In this document: piece after piece, positions 39,077 to 49,306 of the stretch
Position numbering within the stretch: the first letter of the stretch is position 1
Layout of the letters: each line of letters begins with the position of its first letter
Source of the DNA: an uncultured candidate division Zixibacteria bacterium
Lineage (GTDB): Bacteria; Zixibacteria; MSB-5A5; UBA10806; 4484-95
Direction of reading: 5' to 3'
NCBI GenBank assembly: GCA_963668625.2
Contig: CAXXKA010000010.1
Location: 160,001-224,000, forward strand
DNA length: 64,000 bases
Made by a program: the position numbers and the translations under genes
The notes under the pieces: generated by a model
Seen by the model: the letters and a program-made list of their open reading frames with translations, nothing else
What the model was told of the DNA's origin: nothing
Database searches by the model: none

Positions 39077-40144
39077 TTAGAACTCGATCAATTCGACATC
39101 TTGATAGGTTGCGGAGATAGCGAACCAGTAACAGTTGAACGATATTATCATTTCGAGATATTCGCCAGCTCGAGCGCCATCAACAGCCTTGCCGAAAACA
39201 TCCCAGCTATTGCCCTCATTATCCGTCATTATTACCGGAAGGCTATTTTGCACCGGTACGAACGTTAAGGTCGAATCATCCGCCGTTTGCCGGCTGTAAC
39301 TGACAATCAGAGATTTAGACCTGGCGCCTGCTACGACGATCGGCTGGCCGATAAACATATCATTGAAAACCGCCATGGTATCCGGCATCGACTCGATTCT
39401 GTAAGCCCGGGCGAATTCTGACTCGATTAAAGCATGTACTATCTCCTTACTATTTAACCTGCTGTCAATATGACTGACAGGGAAATAATAAAGGTCATTA
39501 TCCGTGTTATATTGAGGGTAGGGATCATCAGTGTATTCGAAATAGTATCCTGATCTGTCATATATAACCATCGATTCGGGATACATCTCCACCCATGTCT
39601 CCCATACCGTCTCGATAGACCGCAACCTGATAGGGGGCTGGCCGATAAGCAAGCCATATATAGACTGGTTTTTTATCGGCAGCCAGTAGCTGTCGGTGGT
39701 TTTGTCAAAAACTATATGACTGCTGTTATATACGAGATCGGTCGTGCCGAACTTGGTTGAATCTCCGACGGCTCCCTGCCGCCAGATAGCCCCCAACGCA
39801 GTGAACGGGCAGTAAATCACGCTGTAATAGAAATCATCGAAATTGTCGTTAACAACCTCATACCATCTCAACCGGGTATATGGGTACGCTATATATTCAC
39901 CATCCACGAATGTTGCGATAAGCCTGTCGGTATCCGCGACATGCGTTTGACGGGCCGCATCGATATGATGAGGCGTATCCAGCGAAAAAGTAGCGCCTTT
40001 ACCGACACCCCGCATATATAGATCATCCCGATTGACCAGCCATTCACCGGTAGTTCGTTCGGTTATAACCGATTCACCGCAGCTTAAGGATATGATAGTC
40101 GTTATTATTATCGTTATGAATATTTTCTCTTTATTAATGACCAT
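39077..40144 (-). CDS. DUF3179-domain lipoprotein
   Basis: SLSC lipobox; AYP...L.WYEVVND, YCPFT, FGTT.LVYNS, DKTTDSYW, W..W...YPES, YWFA. Confidence 0.88.
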   Translation of the reverse strand: MVINKEKIFITIIITTIISLSCGESVITERTTGEWLVNRDDLYMRGVGKGATFSLDTPHHIDAARQTHVADTDRLIATFVDGEYIAYPYTRLRWYEVVNDNFDDFYYSVIYCPFTALGAIWRQGAVGDSTKFGTTDLVYNSSHIVFDKTTDSYWLPIKNQSIYGLLIGQPPIRLRSIETVWETWVEMYPESMVIYDRSGYYFEYTDDPYPQYNTDNDLYYFPVSHIDSRLNSKEIVHALIESEFARAYRIESMPDTMAVFNDMFIGQPIVVAGARSKSLIVSYSRQTADDSTLTFVPVQNSLPVIMTDNEGNSWDVFGKAVDGARAGEYLEMIISFNCYWFAISATYQDVELIEF

Positions 40145-41090
40145 TATCTTTGATCCCCCTGAAAGTGTATTGAAATGAAAGAGTGATGATATATTTGGCG
40201 GCCAATTGCGTACCCTCCACCGTATTACTTACCGGGGCTTCCAATGTCAATCTGCCCAGCACGTTCTCGGAAAGATCGGCTTTGATGTCACCAACCATTG
40301 TTATCATACCGCCACCGCTATTAGGAATAATATTATCATATGTATTACGGTTTTTACCGACATGGGAATAACGGACATAGCCGGTAAACCTGCCTTCATA
40401 TTCAGGCAACAACAAAAGCCCGGCGGAGGCGAAAACCTCATCCCCATAACTGATATCCTGACCCGTACCGTTCAATCGGTATCCTGATTCCAAATATAGA
40501 TATCCGGGGGAAAGAGTTGATAATCGCCAGAGTGTGCTTGCCCAGATTAAAAAATCGTATGAGCCGGTTCCGGCCTGCATATCCTCGCGAACGAGTATCT
40601 CCTCCGAGGTGTAGCTCGTTTTACCGGTTGGTATTTTCAGGGCCGTGCCAAACGACAGTTTCTTGCCCTCGGGAAAACACCATTTCAGGGGCGTGTATTC
40701 GGAGATGAGATAAGTGTCGCTCAATCCTTGCATACGAAGGTATTCCCGGCCGATCGTCGGTAATCGCAGCTCTATGTTTTTCTTCACATAGTTGATAGAC
40801 AGGCCCAGCGCCAGCTTATCCGATATGCCATATACGATTCTCGTCGTGAATCCGTGAGTTAACCTCGTCCGGGTCTCGTCATCGGACAAGTTTGAGTTAG
40901 TTACGAGCTTGGACAGGTTTTTGTGATTGTAGGTAAACCCGAAACGCCAACTCTTCGCCGGCTGAGTACAATAATCGATCGAGGTGATGAAATCAGGTTC
41001 GGCATAGGAACTGTACTGCCCGAAAACGCAAGCGGGGAAAATATATGATATAAGAATAATCAGGAATATTTTTTTCATGACCATGCCCAT
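40134..41090 (-). CDS. Outer-membrane transporter-like beta-barrel (MetA-pathway/SphA-like)
   Basis: GLSD, LKIPTG, Q.GTGSYD, C-terminal FQYTF. Confidence 0.7.
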   Translation of the reverse strand: MGMVMKKIFLIILISYIFPACVFGQYSSYAEPDFITSIDYCTQPAKSWRFGFTYNHKNLSKLVTNSNLSDDETRTRLTHGFTTRIVYGISDKLALGLSINYVKKNIELRLPTIGREYLRMQGLSDTYLISEYTPLKWCFPEGKKLSFGTALKIPTGKTSYTSEEILVREDMQAGTGSYDFLIWASTLWRLSTLSPGYLYLESGYRLNGTGQDISYGDEVFASAGLLLLPEYEGRFTGYVRYSHVGKNRNTYDNIIPNSGGGMITMVGDIKADLSENVLGRLTLEAPVSNTVEGTQLAAKYIITLSFQYTFRGIKDNGH

Positions 41091-41403
41091 TGATGCTTTA
41101 TTACATTGCCACTCTAATTATTGGATATAATTTATTGAAAGTGCGGGCAAAAACAAAGTAAAATATGATAGGTCAGTAATAATTAGTCGAATTATCATCT
41201 TAATATAATTCTCGAAATAGTATAATCAGCCATGGAATCAGTTGACCGAAACATTCATTCTCGTAGGTATTGAACGCATTATGCAGGAATTATCCAGGCG
41301 GGTAACTGAAAATGAGTTCGTATTGATAAAAACTGTTTAAAATAGAAATATAACCGTATGAGTTGTTGACATCGAATCTTTTTTATGTTTATTCTACCGC
41401 ACT

Positions 41404-43176
41404 ATGCAATGGATACAAAACGCAAATAAGCTCGTTCACCTGGTTTTCGAGAAGACCCGTTACTCGGAGAACATGTTCATTATCATGCTCTCCCTGGCGG
41501 TCGGATTGTTTACCGGCTTAGGCTCGGTGGTTTTCCGATGGTTGATATTGACCAGTCGCGATTTCTTTTTCGGTTCGTTGCCCGAGACAACCTCGTTAAC
41601 CGGCTTTCCTCGCGAATGGTTCGTGCCGCTTATCCCCATGATTGGCGGTCTGTTAGTCGGCCCTATAGTGAAATTCGCCAGCGAGGCCAAAGGCCATGGC
41701 GTGCCGGAGGTGATGTCGGCGGTCGCCCTTAAAGGCGGCGTCATCCGTCCCCGTGTCTCTCTTGCCAAATCGATAGCCAGCGCTATCTGTATCGGTTCGG
41801 GGGGCTCGGCCGGTCGCGAGGGCCCTATCGTCCAAATCGGTTCTGCCATCGGTTCCTCTATTGGTCAGATGTTTCGGCTTTCGGGCAACCGGGTTAAGGT
41901 GCTTGTCGGCGCGGGCGCGGCCGGTGGTATATCGGCTGTGTTTAACGCCCCGATTGCCGGCGTGATATTCGCCCTCGAGGTCATCTTAGGCGATTTCACT
42001 ATCAAGACATTCTCGCCGGTGATACTATCCTCGGTTATCGCCTCGGTCGTATCGCGTTATTTTTTGGGCAATCACCCGGCTTTCGATATTCCGCAATACT
42101 CGCTGGTCTCGGCCTGGGAGATCCCCATGTATATGCTCCTGGGAGTATTCACCGGGGTTATCGCTATATTATTCATAAAGATGTTATACGGTTTCGAGGA
42201 TTTCTTCGATAAATGGAAATTCCCCAATATGCTCAAACCCGCTATTGGCGGGCTCCTATTAGGCGGGCTTGGATTATTCACCCCGCAGGTTTTCGCTGAT
42301 GGCTACGAGGCTATTTCATCCGCGCTTAGAGGCGATATGGTTTGGAACCTGATGCTGCTTCTGATATTCGCCAAGATACTGGCCACCTCGCTGACATTGG
42401 GTTCAGGCAACTCCGGCGGTATTTTCGCACCCTCGCTGTTTATGGGGGCAATGGCAGGCGGCTTTTTCGGCACCGTGATGAATTTCCTGTTCCCCGCTAT
42501 CACCGCTCCGCCCGCCGCTTATGCCCTGGTCGGTATGGGCGCAGTCGTGGCCGGAGCCACACATGCTACGATCACCTCGATAATCATCGTGTTCGAGATG
42601 ACCGGCGACTACCGCATTATACTGCCTATGATGATCGCCTGCGTGTTCGCCACGCTGGTGGCCAATCGCATAAACAGCGATTCGATATATACGCTCAAGC
42701 TCTCGCGTAAGGGTATCAACTTGAAATCCGGGCGAGATCAGAATATTCTCCAGGACATAGCGGTTAAAGAGGTGATGCGAACCGATTACCAGACGATACC
42801 CGTGCATCTTACGCTTACCGGCATAATGCGCATGATGGAGGATTCGGTTGAAAACTCGTTCCCGGTAACCGATAACGACCGCTTGTACGGTATACTCTCG
42901 TTCCAGGATTTGCGCACTGTCCTGACCCAGGAGGGGCAAGCTATTCCATCGTTGATTATAGCCTCCGATATAGCGACGCGCGAGATCATAACGGTAACTC
43001 CGGATGAGAACCTTCACGAGGCCCTGCAGAAATTCGGCAGCAAGGATATCGGTTTATTGCCGGTAGTGGATAAAGACGATCCCACGAAATTATTGGGCAT
43101 ATTAAAGCGCGGCGATGTCATGGCCTATTACAACAGACGTCTCGTAGGCAAAATGGCCGAGGAAGGCACGGAGTAA
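41404..43176 (+). CDS. ClC chloride channel/antiporter with CBS domains
   Basis: GHGVPEV, GREGP, FNAPIAG, GGIFAP, SIY, C-terminal CBS pair. Confidence 0.95.
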   Translation: MQWIQNANKLVHLVFEKTRYSENMFIIMLSLAVGLFTGLGSVVFRWLILTSRDFFFGSLPETTSLTGFPREWFVPLIPMIGGLLVGPIVKFASEAKGHGVPEVMSAVALKGGVIRPRVSLAKSIASAICIGSGGSAGREGPIVQIGSAIGSSIGQMFRLSGNRVKVLVGAGAAGGISAVFNAPIAGVIFALEVILGDFTIKTFSPVILSSVIASVVSRYFLGNHPAFDIPQYSLVSAWEIPMYMLLGVFTGVIAILFIKMLYGFEDFFDKWKFPNMLKPAIGGLLLGGLGLFTPQVFADGYEAISSALRGDMVWNLMLLLIFAKILATSLTLGSGNSGGIFAPSLFMGAMAGGFFGTVMNFLFPAITAPPAAYALVGMGAVVAGATHATITSIIIVFEMTGDYRIILPMMIACVFATLVANRINSDSIYTLKLSRKGINLKSGRDQNILQDIAVKEVMRTDYQTIPVHLTLTGIMRMMEDSVENSFPVTDNDRLYGILSFQDLRTVLTQEGQAIPSLIIASDIATREIITVTPDENLHEALQKFGSKDIGLLPVVDKDDPTKLLGILKRGDVMAYYNRRLVGKMAEEGTE

Positions 43177-43191
43177 CGCGCGCTTGCGCAT

Positions 43192-43216
43192 CGTAGGGGC
43201 GTATCGACATACGCCC
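43192..43216. repeat. GTAG-type REP palindrome
   Basis: GTAGGGGCGTATCGACATACGCCC just after the ClC stop, at the island boundary. Confidence 0.7.
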
Positions 43217-43371
43217 GGGGGGGTGGTTTGGAGAATTACCACCAAAGCTTCAAATATAATAATCACTTATAAATTTGATGGTGTATGATTGATGGGCAGA
43301 GAGCTGTTTAGCGCGGGTTAGTCAAGACTTGAGTAGGTTCAACCTACTGAACAATAGATAAACTAAAATGC

Positions 43372-44117
43372 TTAAGTGTAATTGGGTTTAGTTTTACCAA
43401 CAAGATATGATTTTAAATATCTCTTTACATTAGCATTTTGACTTAATGAAATCAGGTTCTTTTCGGATGATTGCGCTTTATTATATTTATTTGGGAAAAA
43501 CAATAGTAGTAGTATTATTAATAATGGCCATAATTCGTCTGATTTATTATCTAATCTATCGATTAAATCACCATCAGGTTTTAATAAAGAACCAATCTTG
43601 CAGTATTTAAGGAAACTGCTATTATGAACATGAGTATATCTACTTAAGATTCCATATATATCATTAAGCCTCTCACAAATATTTATTACACCGACAAATC
43701 TTTATGTTCATCTGTTCTTGATATAAATTCTAGCAATAGTTGAAAATTTAATTCTCTATATCCATTTCTACTTTTAGTCCAATGATACTCTATTGGATGG
43801 CTGTTTAAATAAATGTATTTTAAAGTTAGTTCAATACTTTGCCTAAGCATAGAGAAGACAGGATTTGATATATTCTTTAATGCTAAAACCTGAACGATGT
43901 AATTACTTTCAATAATAGCAGTCAAGTACTCTTTAGCTCTTGTATTCTTTCCTATTACTGTTGATGCGCAAGCTAAGGAAAGATAATTTCTATATATATG
44001 TTTTAATTTATGATCGATAGGGGATATTGTTTTCTCAGAAATACCCCAATTATTTAGAAGATCAGATTTAAAATGATTAAATTCATCAGAAATGAATTTT
44101 TTTAATGTATTATTCAT
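43372..44117 (-). pseudogene. HEPN-like protein (about 248 aa) split by a 1-nt frameshift near 43695 (or sequencing error)
   Basis: Part 1 (44117-43686) has LRQSIELTLKYIY. The shifted frame 43689-43372 continues VINICERLNDIYGILSRYTHVH... for 105 codons. Confidence 0.7.
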
Positions 44118-44633
44118 TTTTAGTAAGAATTTTGAATAACTCTAGATAAGCTTGCTCATTATTTTGGTAGTTAAGAGATTTATTAAGAAATCTTCTAATT
44201 GCTTTTTGCCTTTTTTGATTTGGCATTTGCCTTAGTTCATTCCAAGCCCTTTCTATAATATAACTTCTTCCTCGTTTAACATAACTATTAGAATCTAATT
44301 TAATATCAAATAATACATTAAGAGTTTCAATAAATCACTATTATATTTAATGAAATTTTTATCATTTAATACTTCAAAAAAGTACTTTTTAAAATTGAAA
44401 TTCTCAACATCGTTATTATTGCTATTACTCTGATTGTTATTTCTATTATCTGCAATAGTATCTTTATTACTTCCGGATTTTAGCGCAAATCTAAAGTCAA
44501 GAATAGTATCAATTTGCTTAACAATAGCATCTTGAGTTTTCGGTTGCTTTATTGCGAGTTTTAATTTATGTAACTCATTATCAGAAAAATTAAGAAATGA
44601 TTCAAATAGCTTTGATAATAATTGATCAATCAT
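44110..44633 (-). pseudogene. Small helical hypothetical protein (about 174 aa) split by a 1-nt frameshift near 44333 (or sequencing error)
   Basis: The shifted frame IETLNVLFDIKL...YLELFKILTKNE* ends at 44110, overlapping the next ATG by 8 nt, mirroring the 8-nt overlap with parA. Confidence 0.7.
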
Positions 44634-45507
44634 TTTCTTTTCTTTCTTCTATTTCATCCAAAACTTCGCTAGCAATTGCTTTTAATTCCTGAGTTGCTAG
44701 AGTTTTACCTTTTGTTCCTCGTCCCGTCACGCGTTGAACAGGTACTGCTTGCCAAAGAGTTTTTTTAAACACCTCAAGATGTGATAATCTTGAGGAAAAA
44801 ACAAGTAAATCTTCAGATGATTCCTCTATAGCCTTTTCAACTCTATTCATAGATTGTTTTGTTTCTGTCGGTAATCTTCTATCAACATCGGTGAAAACTA
44901 TCCCTAGAGGATGAACATCATGTTGGTCAATTTGGCGCTCTTTGAAGTCTGCGAGCGTATTAATGAATTGTGGTATTCCTAAAGTAGAGAAGAAATCTGG
45001 TTTAACTGGGATAATAACAAAATCACTAGCTGCAAATGCACTCAAAGTTAGGACACTAGGCGTTGGGGGACAATCTATAAATACATAATCATAATCGTTT
45101 GCATGTTTGCGTATGAATTTGTCAACTAGGTATTCTTTATGCGAAGGGTTGCTTAAAGTTTCATATAACTCAATTCTTGAAGGAATAAGGTCTAAGGATA
45201 TACTTTCATTATTTGATTTATACCAAATAGTTTTGCAAAACATAGATGGATTAATTTTTTTTCGTTTTTTCCCAACACCAGGACTTTTTTCATATATATT
45301 ATAAATTGTCAATAATTGGTTTGTTTTAATACATTTTTCAATATAAGTTTTTGGATTTAACAGAGAACTTGTTGCATTAAATTGGGGATCATTGTCAATT
45401 ACAAGAACTTTATTCCCTTGTGAGAATAATTCGAACGCAAGATTAACACAGAGCGTTGTTTTACCTACTCCACCTTTCATATTTGCGAATGAAATAACTG
45501 TTGGCAT
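44626..45507 (-). CDS. ParA/Soj-family ATPase (orphan, no parB)
   Basis: NMKGGVGKTT, IDNDPQFNAT, IDCPP. Confidence 0.93.
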   Translation of the reverse strand: MPTVISFANMKGGVGKTTLCVNLAFELFSQGNKVLVIDNDPQFNATSSLLNPKTYIEKCIKTNQLLTIYNIYEKSPGVGKKRKKINPSMFCKTIWYKSNNESISLDLIPSRIELYETLSNPSHKEYLVDKFIRKHANDYDYVFIDCPPTPSVLTLSAFAASDFVIIPVKPDFFSTLGIPQFINTLADFKERQIDQHDVHPLGIVFTDVDRRLPTETKQSMNRVEKAIEESSEDLLVFSSRLSHLEVFKKTLWQAVPVQRVTGRGTKGKTLATQELKAIASEVLDEIEERKEND

Positions 45508-45821
45508 AGATAACCCCTTTGATTTTTGTTCTAAGTATAAATCATTTTTATGTGATAATCAACCTATTTGTTAATCTTATGGATTGTTTAAATTAGCATG
45601 CTTTATTGGCAAGTGAAAAATTGATTAATACAACAGATTCCCCTAAAAATAAAACAATTTGACCTTCCCGCTTAAAAATCTTACTTTAAACCGTTTATTG
45701 ATAATTCGCCGGGTGTGATTCAATTGTCGTATCGGGCGGGTTAATGGATTGCTTTTTGATTCCCATGCCGGAGTGTCCATTTTAGCCTCGGGCAGGGATG
45801 ACATAAATTTCAGGAGGAGTG

Positions 45822-46910
45822 ATGTCTGAAAAACGGACGCCTTTTTACGATATCCATAAAGAACTTGGCGCTAAAATCGTGCCGTTCGCCGGTTATTTAA
45901 TGCCGGTGATGTATGACTCTATCACCGCCGAGCATCAGAGAGTGCGGCAAACTGTCGGCATGTTCGATATCTCCCATATGGGCGAGTTCATCGTGCGCGG
46001 CGAGGGCGCAAAAGATTTCGTCCAGAAACTGGTCACCAACGATATCACCAAACTGGCGATCAACCAGGTTATGTACACCGCCATGTGTTACGAGGACGGC
46101 GGCATAGTAGATGACCTTCTGGTGTACAACATGGAGGATCATATCATGCTGGTGGTAAACGCCTCCAACATGGATAAGGATTTTGCGCATATAGCCGGCC
46201 TCAAGCCCGATAATGTCGAGCTGACCAATATCTCCGATGATATCGCGCTGATCGCCGTGCAGGGTCCGAAAGCGCAGGAGTTGATGGCGAAGCTGGCAGA
46301 TTACCCTTACGATAATCTCAAGTATTACAACGCCGACTATATCGAGATCGCCGGTGTGAAATTCGTATTCTCGCGTACCGGCTATACCGGCGAGGATGGT
46401 TTCGAGCTGTATATTCCCGCCGATAAGGCCTCGAAAGTATGGGGGCCGATTTATGAACTGGTCAAGGAATACGGCGGCAGCCCGATCGGCCTGGGCGCCA
46501 GGGATTCCCTTCGCCTGGAAATGAAATTCGCTTTATACGGCAACGATATCTGGGAGAAGACCAACCCGATAGAGGCCGGTTTAGGCTGGGTTGTCAAATT
46601 AGATAAGGGTGATTTTATCGGCCGGGATGTTATCGCGAAAGTCAAAGAGGAAAAACCCTCCCGCAAGCTTATAGGTTTCGAGATAGAGGGCAAAGTTATT
46701 CCCCGCCAGCACTATCCTATCGTCCTTAACGGCAATCGGATAGGCGAGGTAACCTCGGGCCTGTTTTCACCCTCGCTTCAAAAAGCGATAGGCATGGGTT
46801 ATGTGGAGAGCCGGTACTCTAAAATCGGCTCGGAATTCGAGGTGGAGATTCGCGGCAAAGGCATTCCGGCAAAGGTCGTGAAACCCCCATTTTATAAACG
46901 GAACAGTTAA
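45822..46910 (+). CDS. gcvT: Glycine cleavage system aminomethyltransferase T
   Basis: FAGYLMPV.Y, FDISHMG, SRTGYTGEDGFE, GLGARDSLRLE. Confidence 0.98.
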   Translation: MSEKRTPFYDIHKELGAKIVPFAGYLMPVMYDSITAEHQRVRQTVGMFDISHMGEFIVRGEGAKDFVQKLVTNDITKLAINQVMYTAMCYEDGGIVDDLLVYNMEDHIMLVVNASNMDKDFAHIAGLKPDNVELTNISDDIALIAVQGPKAQELMAKLADYPYDNLKYYNADYIEIAGVKFVFSRTGYTGEDGFELYIPADKASKVWGPIYELVKEYGGSPIGLGARDSLRLEMKFALYGNDIWEKTNPIEAGLGWVVKLDKGDFIGRDVIAKVKEEKPSRKLIGFEIEGKVIPRQHYPIVLNGNRIGEVTSGLFSPSLQKAIGMGYVESRYSKIGSEFEVEIRGKGIPAKVVKPPFYKRNS

Positions 46911-46957
46911 TACATTTTATTGTATACCGTGACAAATTCTACCGATACTTCCTCTAG

Positions 46958-47092
46958 AGGTTGTTGAAAAAACTCTCGTTGGTGTCGTCAGGAATATTTT
47001 CCTGACGGAATTCCGCATGGATCAAGGTGGCAGGAGGATGAACAAAGGATTTCGCCTGCCAACCGCCCGGGCAAGAAGATTTTTCAACAACT
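46958..47092. mobile_element. MITE-like element with terminal inverted repeats and internal palindromes
   Basis: GTTGTTGAAAA ... TTTTCAACAAC ends; internal GTCAGGAATATTTTCCTGAC and TGGCAGG...CCTGCCA. Confidence 0.55.
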
Positions 47093-47113
47093 CCTTATGA
47101 GGGGGTATCGGTT

Positions 47114-47869
47114 TTGAATATACTGACTTTTTTCACACCAGCTGAGCTCTCAACCGTCCGGCTCGATTCCGAGGTTGCGGTAGTAATTGATGTGCTCAGG
47201 GGGTCGACCTCATTGGTGACCGCGTTGAACAACGGCGCCTCCAGAATAATACCGGTTGGCGATATGGCCAATGCCAGAAAACTGGCCGAATTGAATCACG
47301 ATGATTCGCCGGTACTCTGCGGCAGTATCAACAGCGAGATAATAGATGGTTTCGAACTGGGAAATTCGCCGCTGGAATACCAGCCCGCGAGGGTAGCGGG
47401 AAAAACACTGATTTATTGTTCGGTTAACATGGCCCGTTCGCTGGCGGTGGCCAGGGCGCAAAGCAGGGTATTAATAGGTTGTTTCAATAATCTTTATTCA
47501 TTGATGAATCTTATCGGGGACGTATCGACCCTTTTGATATTATGTTCGGGAAAGAACGGCCGGTTCTCACTCGAGGACACTGTTTGCGCCGGAATGCTCA
47601 TACAATTAGTGCTTAACAAGCTCGAATCCGATTTCAGCCTGAACGACGCCTCCTCGACCGCTCGCTACCTGTTCTACCGTCACCACCGGGATATTAAAGG
47701 TATGTTGGCCCAATCCTCGCATGGTTTATTTCTCAATAAACTGGGTTACGGGGATGATATCGAGTACGCCTCCCTGCTAAACACATTTGATATCGTACCG
47801 GAGATGTCCCTGGATAAGAAATATCTGCTAAGGGCGGTTTCCGTTGAAAGCGATGTCGAAGTATCCTGA
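47114..47869 (+). CDS. comB: 2-phosphosulfolactate phosphatase (ComB)-like protein
   Basis: VVIDVLR, FELGNSP, FSLED.VCAG, DIEY; some motifs diverged. Confidence 0.8.
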   Translation: MNILTFFTPAELSTVRLDSEVAVVIDVLRGSTSLVTALNNGASRIIPVGDMANARKLAELNHDDSPVLCGSINSEIIDGFELGNSPLEYQPARVAGKTLIYCSVNMARSLAVARAQSRVLIGCFNNLYSLMNLIGDVSTLLILCSGKNGRFSLEDTVCAGMLIQLVLNKLESDFSLNDASSTARYLFYRHHRDIKGMLAQSSHGLFLNKLGYGDDIEYASLLNTFDIVPEMSLDKKYLLRAVSVESDVEVS

Positions 47870-47964
47870 TTTAACTCCCGTCTTATGATTTCATGGTTTG
47901 ATTTAACCGATCCGGTTTGTTATATTGCTTTCGAATAAACATTAATTCGAGAAAGTTTTAAGGT

Positions 47965-49080
47965 ATGGCTACAAAATTACAATTTGGAATAATAGGGCTG
48001 GGACAATCGGGCAAAACTACGGTATTCAACTCGCTTTCGGGCGCTAAGGCCTCGGTCGGCGATTACGCCTCGGGTAAGTCGCCCAATATCGCAATGGTGA
48101 AAATACCGGAGCCGAGAGTTCATCGACTGGCGGAGTTGTTCGTTTCGGCCAAGATGACGTTCGGCGAGATTGAATTCGTCGATATCGCCGGTATGTCAGG
48201 GCAAGCCGGCGGGGACCGCTCGGAGATGGCGGGCAAACTGGATGATATCAGTTACGTTCACGCTATCAGGATGGCGCAAGCGTTGTTGGTGGTAGTACGA
48301 TGTTTTAACGATCCCAACGTGCCGCATCCGCACAATTCCGTGAATCCGACCCGCGATATCGATAATCTGGAAGCGGAGTTGAAACTTGTAGACCTGGTGC
48401 AGATAGAGAAACGTGTCGAAAAATTGATTCATCAGATTAAGGTTAAACCTACCGAGGATAACAAGCGAGAATTAGCCCTGATGGAGAAAATGCAAGCCCA
48501 CCTGGAGGATGATAAACCTCTTCGCGAGATGGAATTCACCAGGGAGGATGACCAGATATTAGGTTCGTTCAGGTTTTTAAGCCAGAAACCGGTATTGTAT
48601 CTTCTTAACCTGGATGAGGAGCAGCTTAACGAATCCGAGGAACTCGAGAGCAAGTACTTTCCCGAGGTCGGCGCCAAGATGGCGGTAGCCTCGCTTTGCG
48701 GCAAACTGGAGATGGAAATAGCCGCTCTTGATGAGGACGATCGGGAGATGTTTTTAGCCGACCTGGGACTTTCCAAACCGGCCGCCGACAGGGTGATACG
48801 CAGCGCGTTCGATCTACTGGGTTATATAACATTCTTAACCGCCGGCGAGACCGAGTCACGCGCCTGGCCCATACCCGATGGTTACACCGCTTATGACGCC
48901 GCCGGGGAGATACACACGGATATACAGCGCGGTTTTATCAAAGCCGAGACCTTTCATTTCACCGATATCGATGAGTTGAAAGATACGAACGCAATCAAGA
49001 AAGCCGGTAAATTCCGTCTTGAGGGCAAAACTTACCTGGTAAAAGACGGGGATGTGATATTGTTCAGGTTCAACGTGTAG
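47965..49080 (+). CDS. ychF: Ribosome-binding ATPase YchF
   Basis: GKTT.FN, VDIAG, AG.IHTD..RGFIKAE, RLEGK.Y.VKDGD...FRFNV. Confidence 0.96.
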   Translation: MATKLQFGIIGLGQSGKTTVFNSLSGAKASVGDYASGKSPNIAMVKIPEPRVHRLAELFVSAKMTFGEIEFVDIAGMSGQAGGDRSEMAGKLDDISYVHAIRMAQALLVVVRCFNDPNVPHPHNSVNPTRDIDNLEAELKLVDLVQIEKRVEKLIHQIKVKPTEDNKRELALMEKMQAHLEDDKPLREMEFTREDDQILGSFRFLSQKPVLYLLNLDEEQLNESEELESKYFPEVGAKMAVASLCGKLEMEIAALDEDDREMFLADLGLSKPAADRVIRSAFDLLGYITFLTAGETESRAWPIPDGYTAYDAAGEIHTDIQRGFIKAETFHFTDIDELKDTNAIKKAGKFRLEGKTYLVKDGDVILFRFNV

Positions 49081-49306
49081 GGCTTACCATTGAAGGAGTA
49101 GCTCACCCCAGCTATTGTGGGGTGGGATCGGTTGATCGCACGTATATTATCTTCTCTGAGCCGTTATAAATCCTTTTCGTTAGCCGCAGATATCCCCATT
49201 CGCCCCGCTTGCGTATACTTGTCGAAACTGTAGGAATTTCAATCCACGCTGCTAAAAGATTTCTCCATCAAACGTATATAATCTATGGGATGTGATGGAA
49301 GTTATC

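Noticed and set aside
41404-43176. Fluoride-specific CLC-F partnering crcB
   Set aside because: Motifs are GHGVP/GREGP/Y rather than the CLC-F GNNLI/GREGT pattern.
44626-45507. Chromosome or plasmid partition locus
   Set aside because: No parB, parS-like palindrome or rep gene nearby; the downstream genes do not resemble ParB.
49081-49306. Possible small gene or ncRNA after ychF
   Set aside because: Only short interrupted frames and weak pairing; unsupported.
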